Shown here piece by piece: positions 30,065 through 38,981 of a stretch of 56,005 bases of DNA (the stretch's first letter is position 1; the number at the start of each line of letters is the position of its first letter). The notes below the pieces were generated by a model. It was not told the DNA's origin, did not search any database, and saw nothing but the letters and a program-made list of their open reading frames with translations. Source of the DNA: Bdellovibrionales bacterium (GTDB lineage Bacteria > Bdellovibrionota > Bdellovibrionia > Bdellovibrionales > UBA1609); contig JALZUS010000003.1 of the NCBI GenBank assembly GCA_023299885.1, positions 1-56,005 of the forward strand. Reading direction: 5' to 3'. Position numbers and translations under genes: made by a program.

Positions 30065-30828
30065 GCCCCAAGTTTGCCTCTTAACTTACCAATAGCTTGT
30101 GCATGCAACTGAGAAACACGGCTTTCTGTCACTCTCAAAATTTTACCAATTTCTTTAAGGTTTAAATCTTCGTAGTAGTAAAGTGATAGTACTAATCTTT
30201 GTCTTTCAGGAAGCTCTTCAATAGCTACAGTCATTGTCTTTTTAACTGACTTTACATTTAATTGCGCTACTGGGTTATTGAATTTAATTTCATCTAAAAT
30301 ACTTAGGATTGATTTTTTATCAACATTGCTTAACGTAGCCTGGTCATCAATAGACAAAAGGCTCACTGGCTTTACAGTATTCACTAATTTGTGAAACTCA
30401 GTCATCGTCATTTTAAGCTCTGCTGCTACCTCAGGGTCTTCTGGCAAACGGCCTAGCTCAATTTCAAGCTTATTGATTGTACGATCTAATAATTTAGATT
30501 TATCACGAACAGAACGAGGAACCCAATCTTGTGCTCTAAGCTCATCTAAGATGGCACCACGAATCCTGAACTCAGCATAAGTTTTAAATTTGTTGTCACG
30601 AGTAGAGTCATACTTATTAATAGCATCCATTAAACCAATAACACCACTTGATATTAAATCATCTAACTCTATGTTTGATGGCAAACGCATTGCAATTTTT
30701 TGCGCGATAAATTTAATTAGTGGAGCGTACTCGGTGATCAGCCTGTCTTTTTGCTGATCAGTTAAAAGACTCGGAGTCTCTTTATACTTCTTTAACAGGC
30801 TTGCTACGTTACTCTTCTCTGACATCAC
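30031..30828 (-). CDS. fliA: RNA polymerase sigma-28 factor (FliA/WhiG)
   Basis: DDLISSGVIGL, YAEFRIRGAILDELRAQDWVPRSVR, LSLYYYEDLNLKEIG, TESRVSQLH. Confidence 0.96.
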   Translation of the reverse strand: MMSEKSNVASLLKKYKETPSLLTDQQKDRLITEYAPLIKFIAQKIAMRLPSNIELDDLISSGVIGLMDAINKYDSTRDNKFKTYAEFRIRGAILDELRAQDWVPRSVRDKSKLLDRTINKLEIELGRLPEDPEVAAELKMTMTEFHKLVNTVKPVSLLSIDDQATLSNVDKKSILSILDEIKFNNPVAQLNVKSVKKTMTVAIEELPERQRLVLSLYYYEDLNLKEIGKILRVTESRVSQLHAQAIGKLRGKLGAQFPESMSKAS

Positions 30829-31094
30829 TTCACTCCTTTGAACTAATGATTATTATACTAATTTGAGACTCTGTTTTATACGGTCAAATAAAAAACAAAT
30901 ACTCGCTTCCATTCTTTTCTACAAAAACTTCATTGTTTTCATAGGCTTAACATTGTTTAACTTCTTGTTTTTACAATGTTATTTTGTATCGATCTGAAAC
31001 ATAAAAAATATTTTTTCTTTTCTTTCTCTTGTCTCAACCTGATACACATTTTATTTCTATCAACACTTTCGCAACACTCTTGGTTTCTTTTTTC

Positions 31095-31949
31095 TTATAT
31101 TGCCTTTTGCATGTATTCACTCACATGGCGCTGGCTTTCTACTTTAGATACAAACCTTGTCTTGAAAATGTTTTTAATAAATAAGTACTGTGTCCCTTCG
31201 ATCTCTATAACCAAGAGCTTTTGAAAAAGCCCCAAGCTATACTCATCAGACACATGTACAAAGCTATTTGAGTTAAATATTTTTTTCTTTCTTTTAAAAG
31301 AACCAATAAATACAAAGAAAAGTGCAGCCAATAATAAAGCCATAGCTGCATAGACAATGCCTTGTAAATTTTTCTCAAAATTTGATGGATTACGCTCAAT
31401 AGAATTAACCGAAATCTGATCAGCCTGTGTCTTACTTATAACCGGAGCTAAAGCCTCAACAGGTGTCTTATCAGTATTCTTATTGGTAGTTTTTTCTTGA
31501 ACCTCTTGCTCAATCTCACCAAGCCTTTGGCTTAATTCAAATGAAGGCTTTAAATTAATGAAGTTTTCAAGGTTTAAGCTCAAACGCTTTCCATCTTTTT
31601 CCGCCACAAACTTATCTTTTACAGATAAAGCGTCAAAGCCTTTCTCAAAAACAATACGCACTCTCATTGTGTTCTTATCATATTGATAAAAAGAGACTTT
31701 ATTTATTTTTTGAGTATTTTCAGGGCTGAATTCTGCTTTTCTCATTACAATAGAGTTAGGAATACTAAGTTGTATAATATTAGAAAAATAACTCGTTTTA
31801 ATTTTGTTATTTTTTAAAGCCTCGTCAAAAAATACGTTGATATTGAATTTACCATTCTTTTGCTCGTAATTATGACTTCTATAAAAAGGCTTAGCATAAG
31901 ATATACTACACGAAAGTAAAATAGCCGCCATTAATGCTTTTTGATACAT
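31095..31949 (-). CDS. FliO-like protein (signal peptide, AMIN-like domain, TM helix, FliO-like C-domain), divergent
   Basis: C-terminal FVHVSDEYSLGLFQKLLVIEIEGTQYLFI after a TM helix resembles FliO; position after fliL and the fliM-like gene. Confidence 0.6.
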   Translation of the reverse strand: MYQKALMAAILLSCSISYAKPFYRSHNYEQKNGKFNINVFFDEALKNNKIKTSYFSNIIQLSIPNSIVMRKAEFSPENTQKINKVSFYQYDKNTMRVRIVFEKGFDALSVKDKFVAEKDGKRLSLNLENFINLKPSFELSQRLGEIEQEVQEKTTNKNTDKTPVEALAPVISKTQADQISVNSIERNPSNFEKNLQGIVYAAMALLLAALFFVFIGSFKRKKKIFNSNSFVHVSDEYSLGLFQKLLVIEIEGTQYLFIKNIFKTRFVSKVESQRHVSEYMQKAI

Positions 31950-32792
31950 TTAAGCTCCCTTCATTTCATGCTGAGTGCTTATAGAAAAACTAACTACACC
32001 CTCTTTAATAGTGATTTCACCAGTCTCTATACGAACCCTATCAACCACTAAATAGAACGGATACACCGCTAGAACTTCAAAAGATTTTTTAGCGATCTCA
32101 TCTAGATTAATATTTTCAAGATAAGCATATGTGCTCACCTTTAAAGAATCTCTTGTATTAAAAATTTCAAAATTAAGGCTATCAATATCTACAGAAACTA
32201 TATTTTCTTGAGTGAGCTCTGCAATCACAGCATCTTCAAAATAAAGGGCTAAATTCGCATTAATTTTCTCAGCCAAAGTAGACTTTGCAACCACTACATT
32301 CTTTTTAGTGATTGGAGTCACTACAGCTAAATCCGCAGTACGCGACTTAAAGTAATTTGCAGGCACACTTATCTTTATCATTTGATCTTCAAAGTTAAAA
32401 CGATAAAGAGTAGCTGATTCATTATTTTCAAAGCCATCCAATAAAGCGGAAGCTTTTAAAATTTGCTTTGATACATTATTTTGAATTTTAGAAAAGATAT
32501 GCTTTTCTAAATGACTAGGCTTACTAGCACTAGCATAAGCTTTACGCGAATACTCTTTAGAAAGAAGCTCTCTATTAACAGTATTACTAATTTCAAGATC
32601 AATACTTTCAACATCATTTTCTAAAGGCTTAGAGTCGATAAAATAAAGATCTATTTTATAACCTAAACGATCTGTAAAAATAGACTCTAAAGTCTCAGAA
32701 AGCTTATCAATACCATCTACAGCATTTGTGTTGCTGCCAGAAAATACAGCCTGTATGGCCTGAAGTTCTGTCTGTGATAATTTATCGCTCAT
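31950..32792 (-). CDS. Highly divergent FliM/FliN-like protein
   Basis: N-terminal LSQTELQAI resembles the FliM LSQxEIDALL peptide; C-terminal PFYLVVDRVRIETGEITIKEG resembles a SpoA/FliN domain; synteny. Confidence 0.45.
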   Translation of the reverse strand: MSDKLSQTELQAIQAVFSGSNTNAVDGIDKLSETLESIFTDRLGYKIDLYFIDSKPLENDVESIDLEISNTVNRELLSKEYSRKAYASASKPSHLEKHIFSKIQNNVSKQILKASALLDGFENNESATLYRFNFEDQMIKISVPANYFKSRTADLAVVTPITKKNVVVAKSTLAEKINANLALYFEDAVIAELTQENIVSVDIDSLNFEIFNTRDSLKVSTYAYLENINLDEIAKKSFEVLAVYPFYLVVDRVRIETGEITIKEGVVSFSISTQHEMKGA

Positions 32793-32814
32793 TCTTTTCC
32801 CTTACAGCAAGCTA

Positions 32815-33243
32815 TTACAGCTTGGCTCCTATATATGTGACACTTAAAACTTCGCCTTGAGTTAAAAAGTCATTTATAAAAAGCTGAAGCTCTTTACCCA
32901 TTTTATTTTGACCTTTTTTACTTAATACCGTGTCTGAAGTGTTTGAAGAAAAAGTCATAGAAATCATATTTTCAAACTGACTCCCCATACTATCTATTTC
33001 TTGTTTTACACGGTTGTTACTGCAGTATAATTTAAAATCAAGCTCGTAAGCCTTAATTCCTTTATTTGAATTTAATCTCACTAGTAGTTTTTTTTCTGAT
33101 ATATGATTGCTTGTTCTAGGCTTAACCTCTACCACTTGATTAGGAACATTGTTTGTTTCTTTGTGAGTGTTTAATGACCTGTACATAAATAATCCTGCAC
33201 TGATCATAAGAGTTAAAATTAAAAAAGGTTTTATCAACATCAC
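32815..33243 (-). CDS. fliL: FliL-like flagellar basal-body-associated protein
   Basis: N-terminal TM helix; LVRL, QEID, FSSNT...S..G...L..FINDFL..G.V..V pattern of FliL. Confidence 0.72.
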   Translation of the reverse strand: MMLIKPFLILTLMISAGLFMYRSLNTHKETNNVPNQVVEVKPRTSNHISEKKLLVRLNSNKGIKAYELDFKLYCSNNRVKQEIDSMGSQFENMISMTFSSNTSDTVLSKKGQNKMGKELQLFINDFLTQGEVLSVTYIGAKL

Positions 33244-33255
33244 ACAAGTATCAAT

Positions 33256-33271
33256 TGCAACACGGATACCA
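33256..33271 (-). promoter_or_regulatory. Sigma54 -24/-12 promoter for the fliL operon
   Basis: Minus strand TGGTAT-ccgtg-TTGCA, GG-N10-GC, immediately upstream of fliL. Confidence 0.65.
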
Positions 33272-33417
33272 AGCAGACCTTGTGACAGACAAGATGCTTA
33301 AAACAAATCTAGAGTGTTTGAAAAACGTCTAGGATCTGAATTTTGTCGATTTTAATAACTATAAGACTAATTTTTGACTGGCCCTAAGAAAGGCCACTGG
33401 ACTTAGTGTGGTCGAAA

Positions 33418-34233
33418 CTACAAAGTTTCTTTAAGCTTACTAATAGATAAATCATGAAGGGTACCGTTAGTAGCTAAGATGCTCTTAGAGTCCATGGCAA
33501 AAGTATCACCACTATATTGAGAAACACGGCCGCCAGCTTCTTCTACCAGTAATGAGCCCGCAGCTACATCCCATGGCTTTAATCCTGATTCCCAGAAGAT
33601 ATCAATTACACCGGCCGCCACCAAACATAAATCATAAGCAGCAGACCCCGTACGTCTAAAGCCTCTTATGCCTGAAATCATTTTTGAAAACCTTTGAATT
33701 TGCTGGTTAAGCACTTCTTTATCTGGAGCAATAAATCCAGTCGCCATTAATGCCTGCGAGTACTCTCCCCTAGAACTTACTGATATCTGATGAGTCCCTT
33801 CAGGAGTTTTTAAATAGGCACCCTTATTCTTTTCTACGTAAAATGTGTGCTTGAGTTCGGGCAAGTGCACTACACCGACCTGCATTTGACCATCTACTTC
33901 GACGCCAATGCTAGTGCAGTACAATGGGACTCCATATATATAGTTAGTTGTCCCATCTAATGGATCAATAATCCAGCGAGTACCCTCAGAGCTTAATAGG
34001 CTACCACCGTCTTTGAAGTGAGACTCTTCTGCAATAATGTTATGATCTGGAAAGCTCTTTTTTATTATGGATATAATAGCGTCTTCACAGGCCTCGTCCG
34101 CCTCTGAAACTAGCCCTTCATTATTTTTTTCTCTGATATTTTTAAGCTGGCCTTTGTATTTTAAAAGTATTTCAGCCGCTTTATCTGCAGCCTCTAACCC
34201 CACCTCAAGAATTTTGTTATTTGAAACGTTCAT
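33418..34233 (-). CDS. suhB: Inositol monophosphatase family protein
   Basis: LVSEAD, AEES, WIIDPLDGTTNY, RRTGSAAYDL, KPWDVAAG.L.V.EAGG; start taken at ATG 34233. Confidence 0.93.
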   Translation of the reverse strand: MNVSNNKILEVGLEAADKAAEILLKYKGQLKNIREKNNEGLVSEADEACEDAIISIIKKSFPDHNIIAEESHFKDGGSLLSSEGTRWIIDPLDGTTNYIYGVPLYCTSIGVEVDGQMQVGVVHLPELKHTFYVEKNKGAYLKTPEGTHQISVSSRGEYSQALMATGFIAPDKEVLNQQIQRFSKMISGIRGFRRTGSAAYDLCLVAAGVIDIFWESGLKPWDVAAGSLLVEEAGGRVSQYSGDTFAMDSKSILATNGTLHDLSISKLKETL

Positions 34234-34360
34234 GAAGTCAGCATACCTCAAAAGAACTGCATTATCTATACTATTGATTCTACTTAACATTAGATTTTTA
34301 CTTAGATTCAAGATACCATTTTAAAAAAGCGTTGTGACAACGACTCAACCGGAGGCCCAA

Positions 34361-34981
34361 ATGTCTGAAGAAGAAAACAACAATGATTCTAAAATGCAAT
34401 CTTTTGCTAAGCTTATTTTATTTTTATTCATTTCTTTAGTTTCTTTTGCAACAGGTACATTTGTTGGTAAAAATCTTGATTCATCAAAAAGCAGCACAAA
34501 AAGTGTTTTAATAGAACCCAACAATGAGGTTCAGTCTGATATTGCTATTTTAGAAGACGAAAGTGATAACGATGAAGCTACTACAATTATCACCGAAGAA
34601 GATGTCTCCGAAGAAATTAAGGCCATAGATAGCCCTGCAATTCAAAAGATAGCTAAGGAATTCGAAGCCACAAAAAAGAAATTAGCAGAAAAAATTGCTA
34701 ATCGTCCCAAAACAAAAAAAGCTATTGTGCCTGCAGCCTTCAAATACACTATTCAAGTTTCTTCTTACTCTTTAGAGTCTGAAGCGCAAACAAAGGTTAA
34801 GAATTTAAAAGCTCGTGGCTTTGATAAAGCTTTTTATATCCCTGCAGTAGTAAGAGGAACCACTTGGTACAGAGTCGGTCTTGATTTCTTTGAAACCTAC
34901 AAAGAGGCTGATAATAAAAAAACCTCTCTTACAAAACGTGGCGCTATTTCTGATGCTATTGTACAAAAAGTAGAGCTTTAA
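34361..34981 (+). CDS. Bitopic SPOR-domain protein
   Basis: RBS GGAGG; one TM helix, acidic linker, YTIQVSSY...A...L...G...WYRVGL SPOR domain. Confidence 0.88.
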   Translation: MSEEENNNDSKMQSFAKLILFLFISLVSFATGTFVGKNLDSSKSSTKSVLIEPNNEVQSDIAILEDESDNDEATTIITEEDVSEEIKAIDSPAIQKIAKEFEATKKKLAEKIANRPKTKKAIVPAAFKYTIQVSSYSLESEAQTKVKNLKARGFDKAFYIPAVVRGTTWYRVGLDFFETYKEADNKKTSLTKRGAISDAIVQKVEL

Positions 34982-34991
34982 AAAATATTTT

Positions 34992-36281
34992 ATGAAGCTC
35001 TTTATTTTTATAGGGCTTTTGCTCACACTATCAGGCTGCCAAAGCTCACCAAAGTCCATCAAACTTATGTGGCCCATCATGCAGTCTGTAACCGATGAGA
35101 CTTCAACTACTTTTGTTATTCAAAAGCAAAAAACAGAAGCCCTCCAATACTATTATTTTGATACTACATGGAAAAAAATTAACTCTATTAAATCTTATCA
35201 GCGCAACGACTCTGATATAGCTATTGAGCATTTATCCCTTTCTGGACTTTCTCATTTAAAAAACTATAAACTTAAAATAAAATCACATAGCAATGAAGAC
35301 ATTAGAAACTTTAAAACCATTACCTATAAAGATAATTACAACTTTAAGGCAGCCTCTTGTATTGTTGATGGACAGCCTAAAACATTAAACCCCATCATGA
35401 ATCAAATGACCTCGTCACCCACTGATTTTTTCTTATTGATTGGAGACAATGTTTATATAGACTTTGACCCCAAGAAACTAATAAAACTTAAACACGTAAC
35501 ACCAAAAATTATCTGGGACCGTCATACTCAAGCCAGAAAGGCTTTCCCACTGTTTTATCTGAAAAATCTTAAACCCATTTTAGCCTCGTGGGACGATCAT
35601 GATTATGGCAAAAATAATGGAAATAAATTTTTTAAATATAAAAACACTTCGCTTAATGCTTTTAAGATATTTTTTGGTTTAAAAAAAATATCTTCTAAAA
35701 ATTATGAAGACGGCCCTGGCCTCTCTTATACTGCCAAATTTGGAACACAACAGTTTATATTTTTAGATAATCGATATTTTAGAGACAAAAAAGGTAAAGG
35801 TAGCCACTGGGGGCCGCAACAAGAAGAATGGCTCCTTAACTTACTAAATAACTCTACTACACCCTCATGGATTATTAATGGCGACCAACTTTGGGGCGGA
35901 TATCACCCTTTTGAATCTTTCGAAGGTGACAGGCCTCATCACTTTAAAGCCATAATGAAAAAAATTGCGCAGGCATCACCCCACCCTATTGCTTTTTTAA
36001 CTGGGGATCGTCACCTTTCTGAAGTTATGGAAATTAGTGAAACTGATTTTAAATACAAAACAATTGAAATAACGGCCAGCCCTCTTCATGCAAAGCTTTA
36101 CCCTAGCCGATGGGACAAAAACCCCAACCCAAGACAAATACAAGGAATAGCGCAGACTCATAATTATGTCGTAATAAGAAGTAAGTCTGATGACCGTCAA
36201 ATGAGTGGCGAGGTCTTATCAGTTGGACCAAAGAATAAGATTTTATTTAAACATAAATTTAAAGTGAGTACTGAACAATAA
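34992..36281 (+). CDS. PhoD-family alkaline phosphatase/phosphodiesterase lipoprotein
   Basis: Lipobox LSGC; ASC, GDNVYID, WDDHDYG.NN, LDNRYFR, TGDRH. Confidence 0.9.
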   Translation: MKLFIFIGLLLTLSGCQSSPKSIKLMWPIMQSVTDETSTTFVIQKQKTEALQYYYFDTTWKKINSIKSYQRNDSDIAIEHLSLSGLSHLKNYKLKIKSHSNEDIRNFKTITYKDNYNFKAASCIVDGQPKTLNPIMNQMTSSPTDFFLLIGDNVYIDFDPKKLIKLKHVTPKIIWDRHTQARKAFPLFYLKNLKPILASWDDHDYGKNNGNKFFKYKNTSLNAFKIFFGLKKISSKNYEDGPGLSYTAKFGTQQFIFLDNRYFRDKKGKGSHWGPQQEEWLLNLLNNSTTPSWIINGDQLWGGYHPFESFEGDRPHHFKAIMKKIAQASPHPIAFLTGDRHLSEVMEISETDFKYKTIEITASPLHAKLYPSRWDKNPNPRQIQGIAQTHNYVVIRSKSDDRQMSGEVLSVGPKNKILFKHKFKVSTEQ

Positions 36282-36329
36282 AAGCAGCTAGCACTGGAAG
36301 ACACCTCTTAGGTTTGATAGCATCTTTAC

Positions 36330-37379
36330 ATGAGCAAACAACAAACATTATTAGAACTAGAAGCAGAACTTAAAAAATTAATATCTACAGAAATGGGCCG
36401 AAGAAGCTTTTTAACAGCTCTCCCATTATTAATGACAGCTTGTGCAACGTCGGGACAAACACGCTACCGTGAAGGCGATAACCGTGGGCAAGCAACAAGC
36501 ATGACTGTTGGTGATGAAGTCCGAATGACGGCTGAAGTTTTACCAAAAATGAAACAAGAGTATCCGGTAATACCAAACCCAGAGCTGCAAAGATATATTT
36601 CAAACCTGGGTACACGAATAGCCATTAAGAATGGCTTACAAGGAAACCCTTATAATTATAACTTTAGTGTTGTCGATGTCGGCTATGTAAATGCTTTTGC
36701 CCTACCTGCTGGAACAGTATTTATTACTGCACCTTTAATAGCTATGGCTGATAGCGAAGCTGAACTTGCTGGAGTTGTCGGGCATGAAATTGGCCACATA
36801 CAAGCACGACATACAGCTGAAAGAATGCATGCACAAAATAAATCTAAAGGAAAATCATTACTTTTAAGCCTAGGCACTGGCCTCTTAGGAGCGGCTGCAG
36901 GCTACGGGCTAGGGCAAGTTGTTTGTAGACGCTCAAGCCGAGCTGAAGAAAAAGCCTGTTTAAATAAAACATTACAACTTGGAGCTGTCGCTGGTTTTAG
37001 TGGCGGGCTTTTAATACAACAATTTGGTTTTATGGCTAACTCTCGAGAAGATGAGATGGAAGCCGATCGCATTTCTTTTAATACAGCTTTTAAAGCTGGC
37101 TACCATAAAGATTATGTCGGTAAATTTTACGATAAACTTTTAGTAATGAATCAACAATCTCATGGTAAGCAACAGCAAGATGTTGTTAGCGTTGCTTTAG
37201 CTGATGTTATGAGCACTCATCCACCAAGCATTAATCGCGTTAACCAAATGAAACAAATGGCCAGTACCGTTCAAAACCCTGCAGGAACAAAAATTTCTAC
37301 AAAATCTTTTGAACGTGCAAAAAGCATAGCTAAACAATATGCTGCCAGAGCACAATCTGCTGCAAAAGCACGCAGTTAA
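36330..37379 (+). CDS. M48-family zinc metallopeptidase (BepA-like), possible Tat lipoprotein
   Basis: VNAFALPAG, ELAGVVGHEIGH, SREDEMEAD, STHP; GRRSFL...LMTAC. Confidence 0.9.
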   Translation: MSKQQTLLELEAELKKLISTEMGRRSFLTALPLLMTACATSGQTRYREGDNRGQATSMTVGDEVRMTAEVLPKMKQEYPVIPNPELQRYISNLGTRIAIKNGLQGNPYNYNFSVVDVGYVNAFALPAGTVFITAPLIAMADSEAELAGVVGHEIGHIQARHTAERMHAQNKSKGKSLLLSLGTGLLGAAAGYGLGQVVCRRSSRAEEKACLNKTLQLGAVAGFSGGLLIQQFGFMANSREDEMEADRISFNTAFKAGYHKDYVGKFYDKLLVMNQQSHGKQQQDVVSVALADVMSTHPPSINRVNQMKQMASTVQNPAGTKISTKSFERAKSIAKQYAARAQSAAKARS

Positions 37380-37544
37380 TCCTTTTGAATGCCGCCCCAC
37401 AGCTGGTTCCAAAGTGGGGCGAAACAACACCAAAGTCTTGCTTTTCTGGATATTATGACACCAGAACAATATGAAATATCCTAAATAATTAGGCCATAAT
37501 GGCCCCAAAAAAACTTTTAACCCTTTTATTTTCGATCTGTGTCT

Positions 37545-37560
37545 TGGCATCTTTCCTGCT
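37545..37560 (+). promoter_or_regulatory. Sigma54 -24/-12 promoter
   Basis: TGGCAT-ctttc-CTGCT, about 50 bp upstream of ATG 37612. Confidence 0.6.
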
Positions 37561-37611
37561 TTATAAAGTGGTGAGGGTTACAAAAAAACAAAACACTAAA
37601 GGAGTGGTTAT

Positions 37612-38355
37612 ATGTATAAAAAAATTCTTACACTTGCGACTATTGGAGCGGCCTTATTACTGGCATCACCTGCACAAGCTTACCAAGAAGTAGTTAATCT
37701 TCGGTTAGGACAACTAGAAGTTCGGGGACAAAACCAACTCCTTAATATAGGACAGCAGCTAAGGTCTAGAGGCTATAGCTTAATAGGCAAAGAGGTTGTC
37801 TCTGTGACAGTAAATGCTGTAAGCAGAGTAGGTTTACGCACTAATCAATACGGAACACTCAGTTTAAGATCTGGATTTAATACAACTTACCCACAAACCG
37901 TTTATGGAGATCGACATGCATATCAAAGTCCACGATCTCGAGATTTTCAACAAGTTACTTTATACACACCTTACTCAAGAACAGCATCCAACAGCCAAGT
38001 TTCTCTAGTTGTTGACGGACCTATTAAGCTTGGACAAATCAGAGTTGTTTTAAATAATACAAGAAGAGCACCAGTAAACCGTACACCTAGAGGTTGTTAC
38101 ACGGATAGACATCATCGCACTATTTGTAACGGAGTTATTATAGACAGCGGCCGTAGAGACAGAACAAGAGGCTGTACTGTAAACAGAAGAGGACAACGAG
38201 TATGTACAGGGAACGACAGTCGTCGTGGTAATGACCGTACTGATGGCAGGCGTGGAAATGACAGACGTGATGATAGCCGCTCTGACAGAAACCGTGGCGG
38301 AAGCGACCGTGGTAATGACAGAGGGAACGATCGCGGAAGACGAGGCGGAAGATAG
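37612..38355 (+). CDS. Secreted hypothetical protein with Cys/Arg hairpin repeats and an R/G/D-rich tail
   Basis: RBS AAGGAG; signal peptide (AQA); low-complexity GNDR repeats at the C-terminus. Confidence 0.8.
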   Translation: MYKKILTLATIGAALLLASPAQAYQEVVNLRLGQLEVRGQNQLLNIGQQLRSRGYSLIGKEVVSVTVNAVSRVGLRTNQYGTLSLRSGFNTTYPQTVYGDRHAYQSPRSRDFQQVTLYTPYSRTASNSQVSLVVDGPIKLGQIRVVLNNTRRAPVNRTPRGCYTDRHHRTICNGVIIDSGRRDRTRGCTVNRRGQRVCTGNDSRRGNDRTDGRRGNDRRDDSRSDRNRGGSDRGNDRGNDRGRRGGR

Positions 38356-38465
38356 TCTCTACCCTATTGAATTAAAATCATTGGACTTGTTAGCAAGCCC
38401 ATAAAAAATAAAATGGTGGTAATTTAGAGGGGGCAAGAAAATTCAATTAAACTTTATTTAGACAC

Positions 38466-38496
38466 AAAAAAAGAGAGCTCATGGGCTCTCTTTTTT
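38466..38496. terminator. Bidirectional intrinsic terminator
   Basis: AAAAAAAGAGAGCTC-at-GGGCTCTCTTTTTT between convergent genes. Confidence 0.85.
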
Positions 38497-38546
38497 ATTG
38501 CTTGTTTTTTATTTTGCTTACCAGCTAGATCTGATTATTGGCTCGC

Positions 38547-38852
38547 TTACCAGCTCGACTTAGTTACTCCAGGTAGCTCACCACGAGAAGCCATCTCTCT
38601 GAAAGCAATACGAGATAAACCAAATTTTCTCAGATGACCACGAGGGCGACCTGTAACAAAACAACGACGAATTACTCTATGGATAGACGTATCTCTTGGA
38701 AGCTTTTGTAACTTCATACGCGCTTCCCAACGCTCTTCTTCAGTAGCTTTCATATCGACAGCTTTTTTTCTTAATTCAGTACGATAAGCTGTGTATTTTT
38801 CAGCTCTTTCTTGATTCTTTTTATTCTTATCAATCATGCTCTTTTTAGCCAT
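38547..38852 (-). CDS. rpsN: 30S ribosomal protein S14 (101-aa, zinc-free type)
   Basis: MAKKSM...LQKLPRD.S..R...[30 protein letters not shown]; RBS AAGGAG, ATG 38852. Confidence 0.96.
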   Translation of the reverse strand: MAKKSMIDKNKKNQERAEKYTAYRTELRKKAVDMKATEEERWEARMKLQKLPRDTSIHRVIRRCFVTGRPRGHLRKFGLSRIAFREMASRGELPGVTKSSW

Positions 38853-38981
38853 TAGCAGAGTCTCCTTAGTAATAAGTAGTTCTCTCGTAGTAGTGCCCAA
38901 AATGCAAGAATCTGGGATGACAATATGTATTAATTACCAGTAGAAGTGACCCTAAGGTCCTGAGCCTTTATTCTCCTCCCC

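Noticed and set aside
30829-31094. Pseudogene remnants of fliP-flhG in the gap before fliA
   Set aside because: AT-rich sequence with no recognisable protein fragment by eye; tBLASTn would be needed to exclude it fully.
38210-38352. DNA tandem repeat or CRISPR-like array
   Set aside because: The repetition is at protein level with varied codons; no identical repeats with spacers, and no cas genes.
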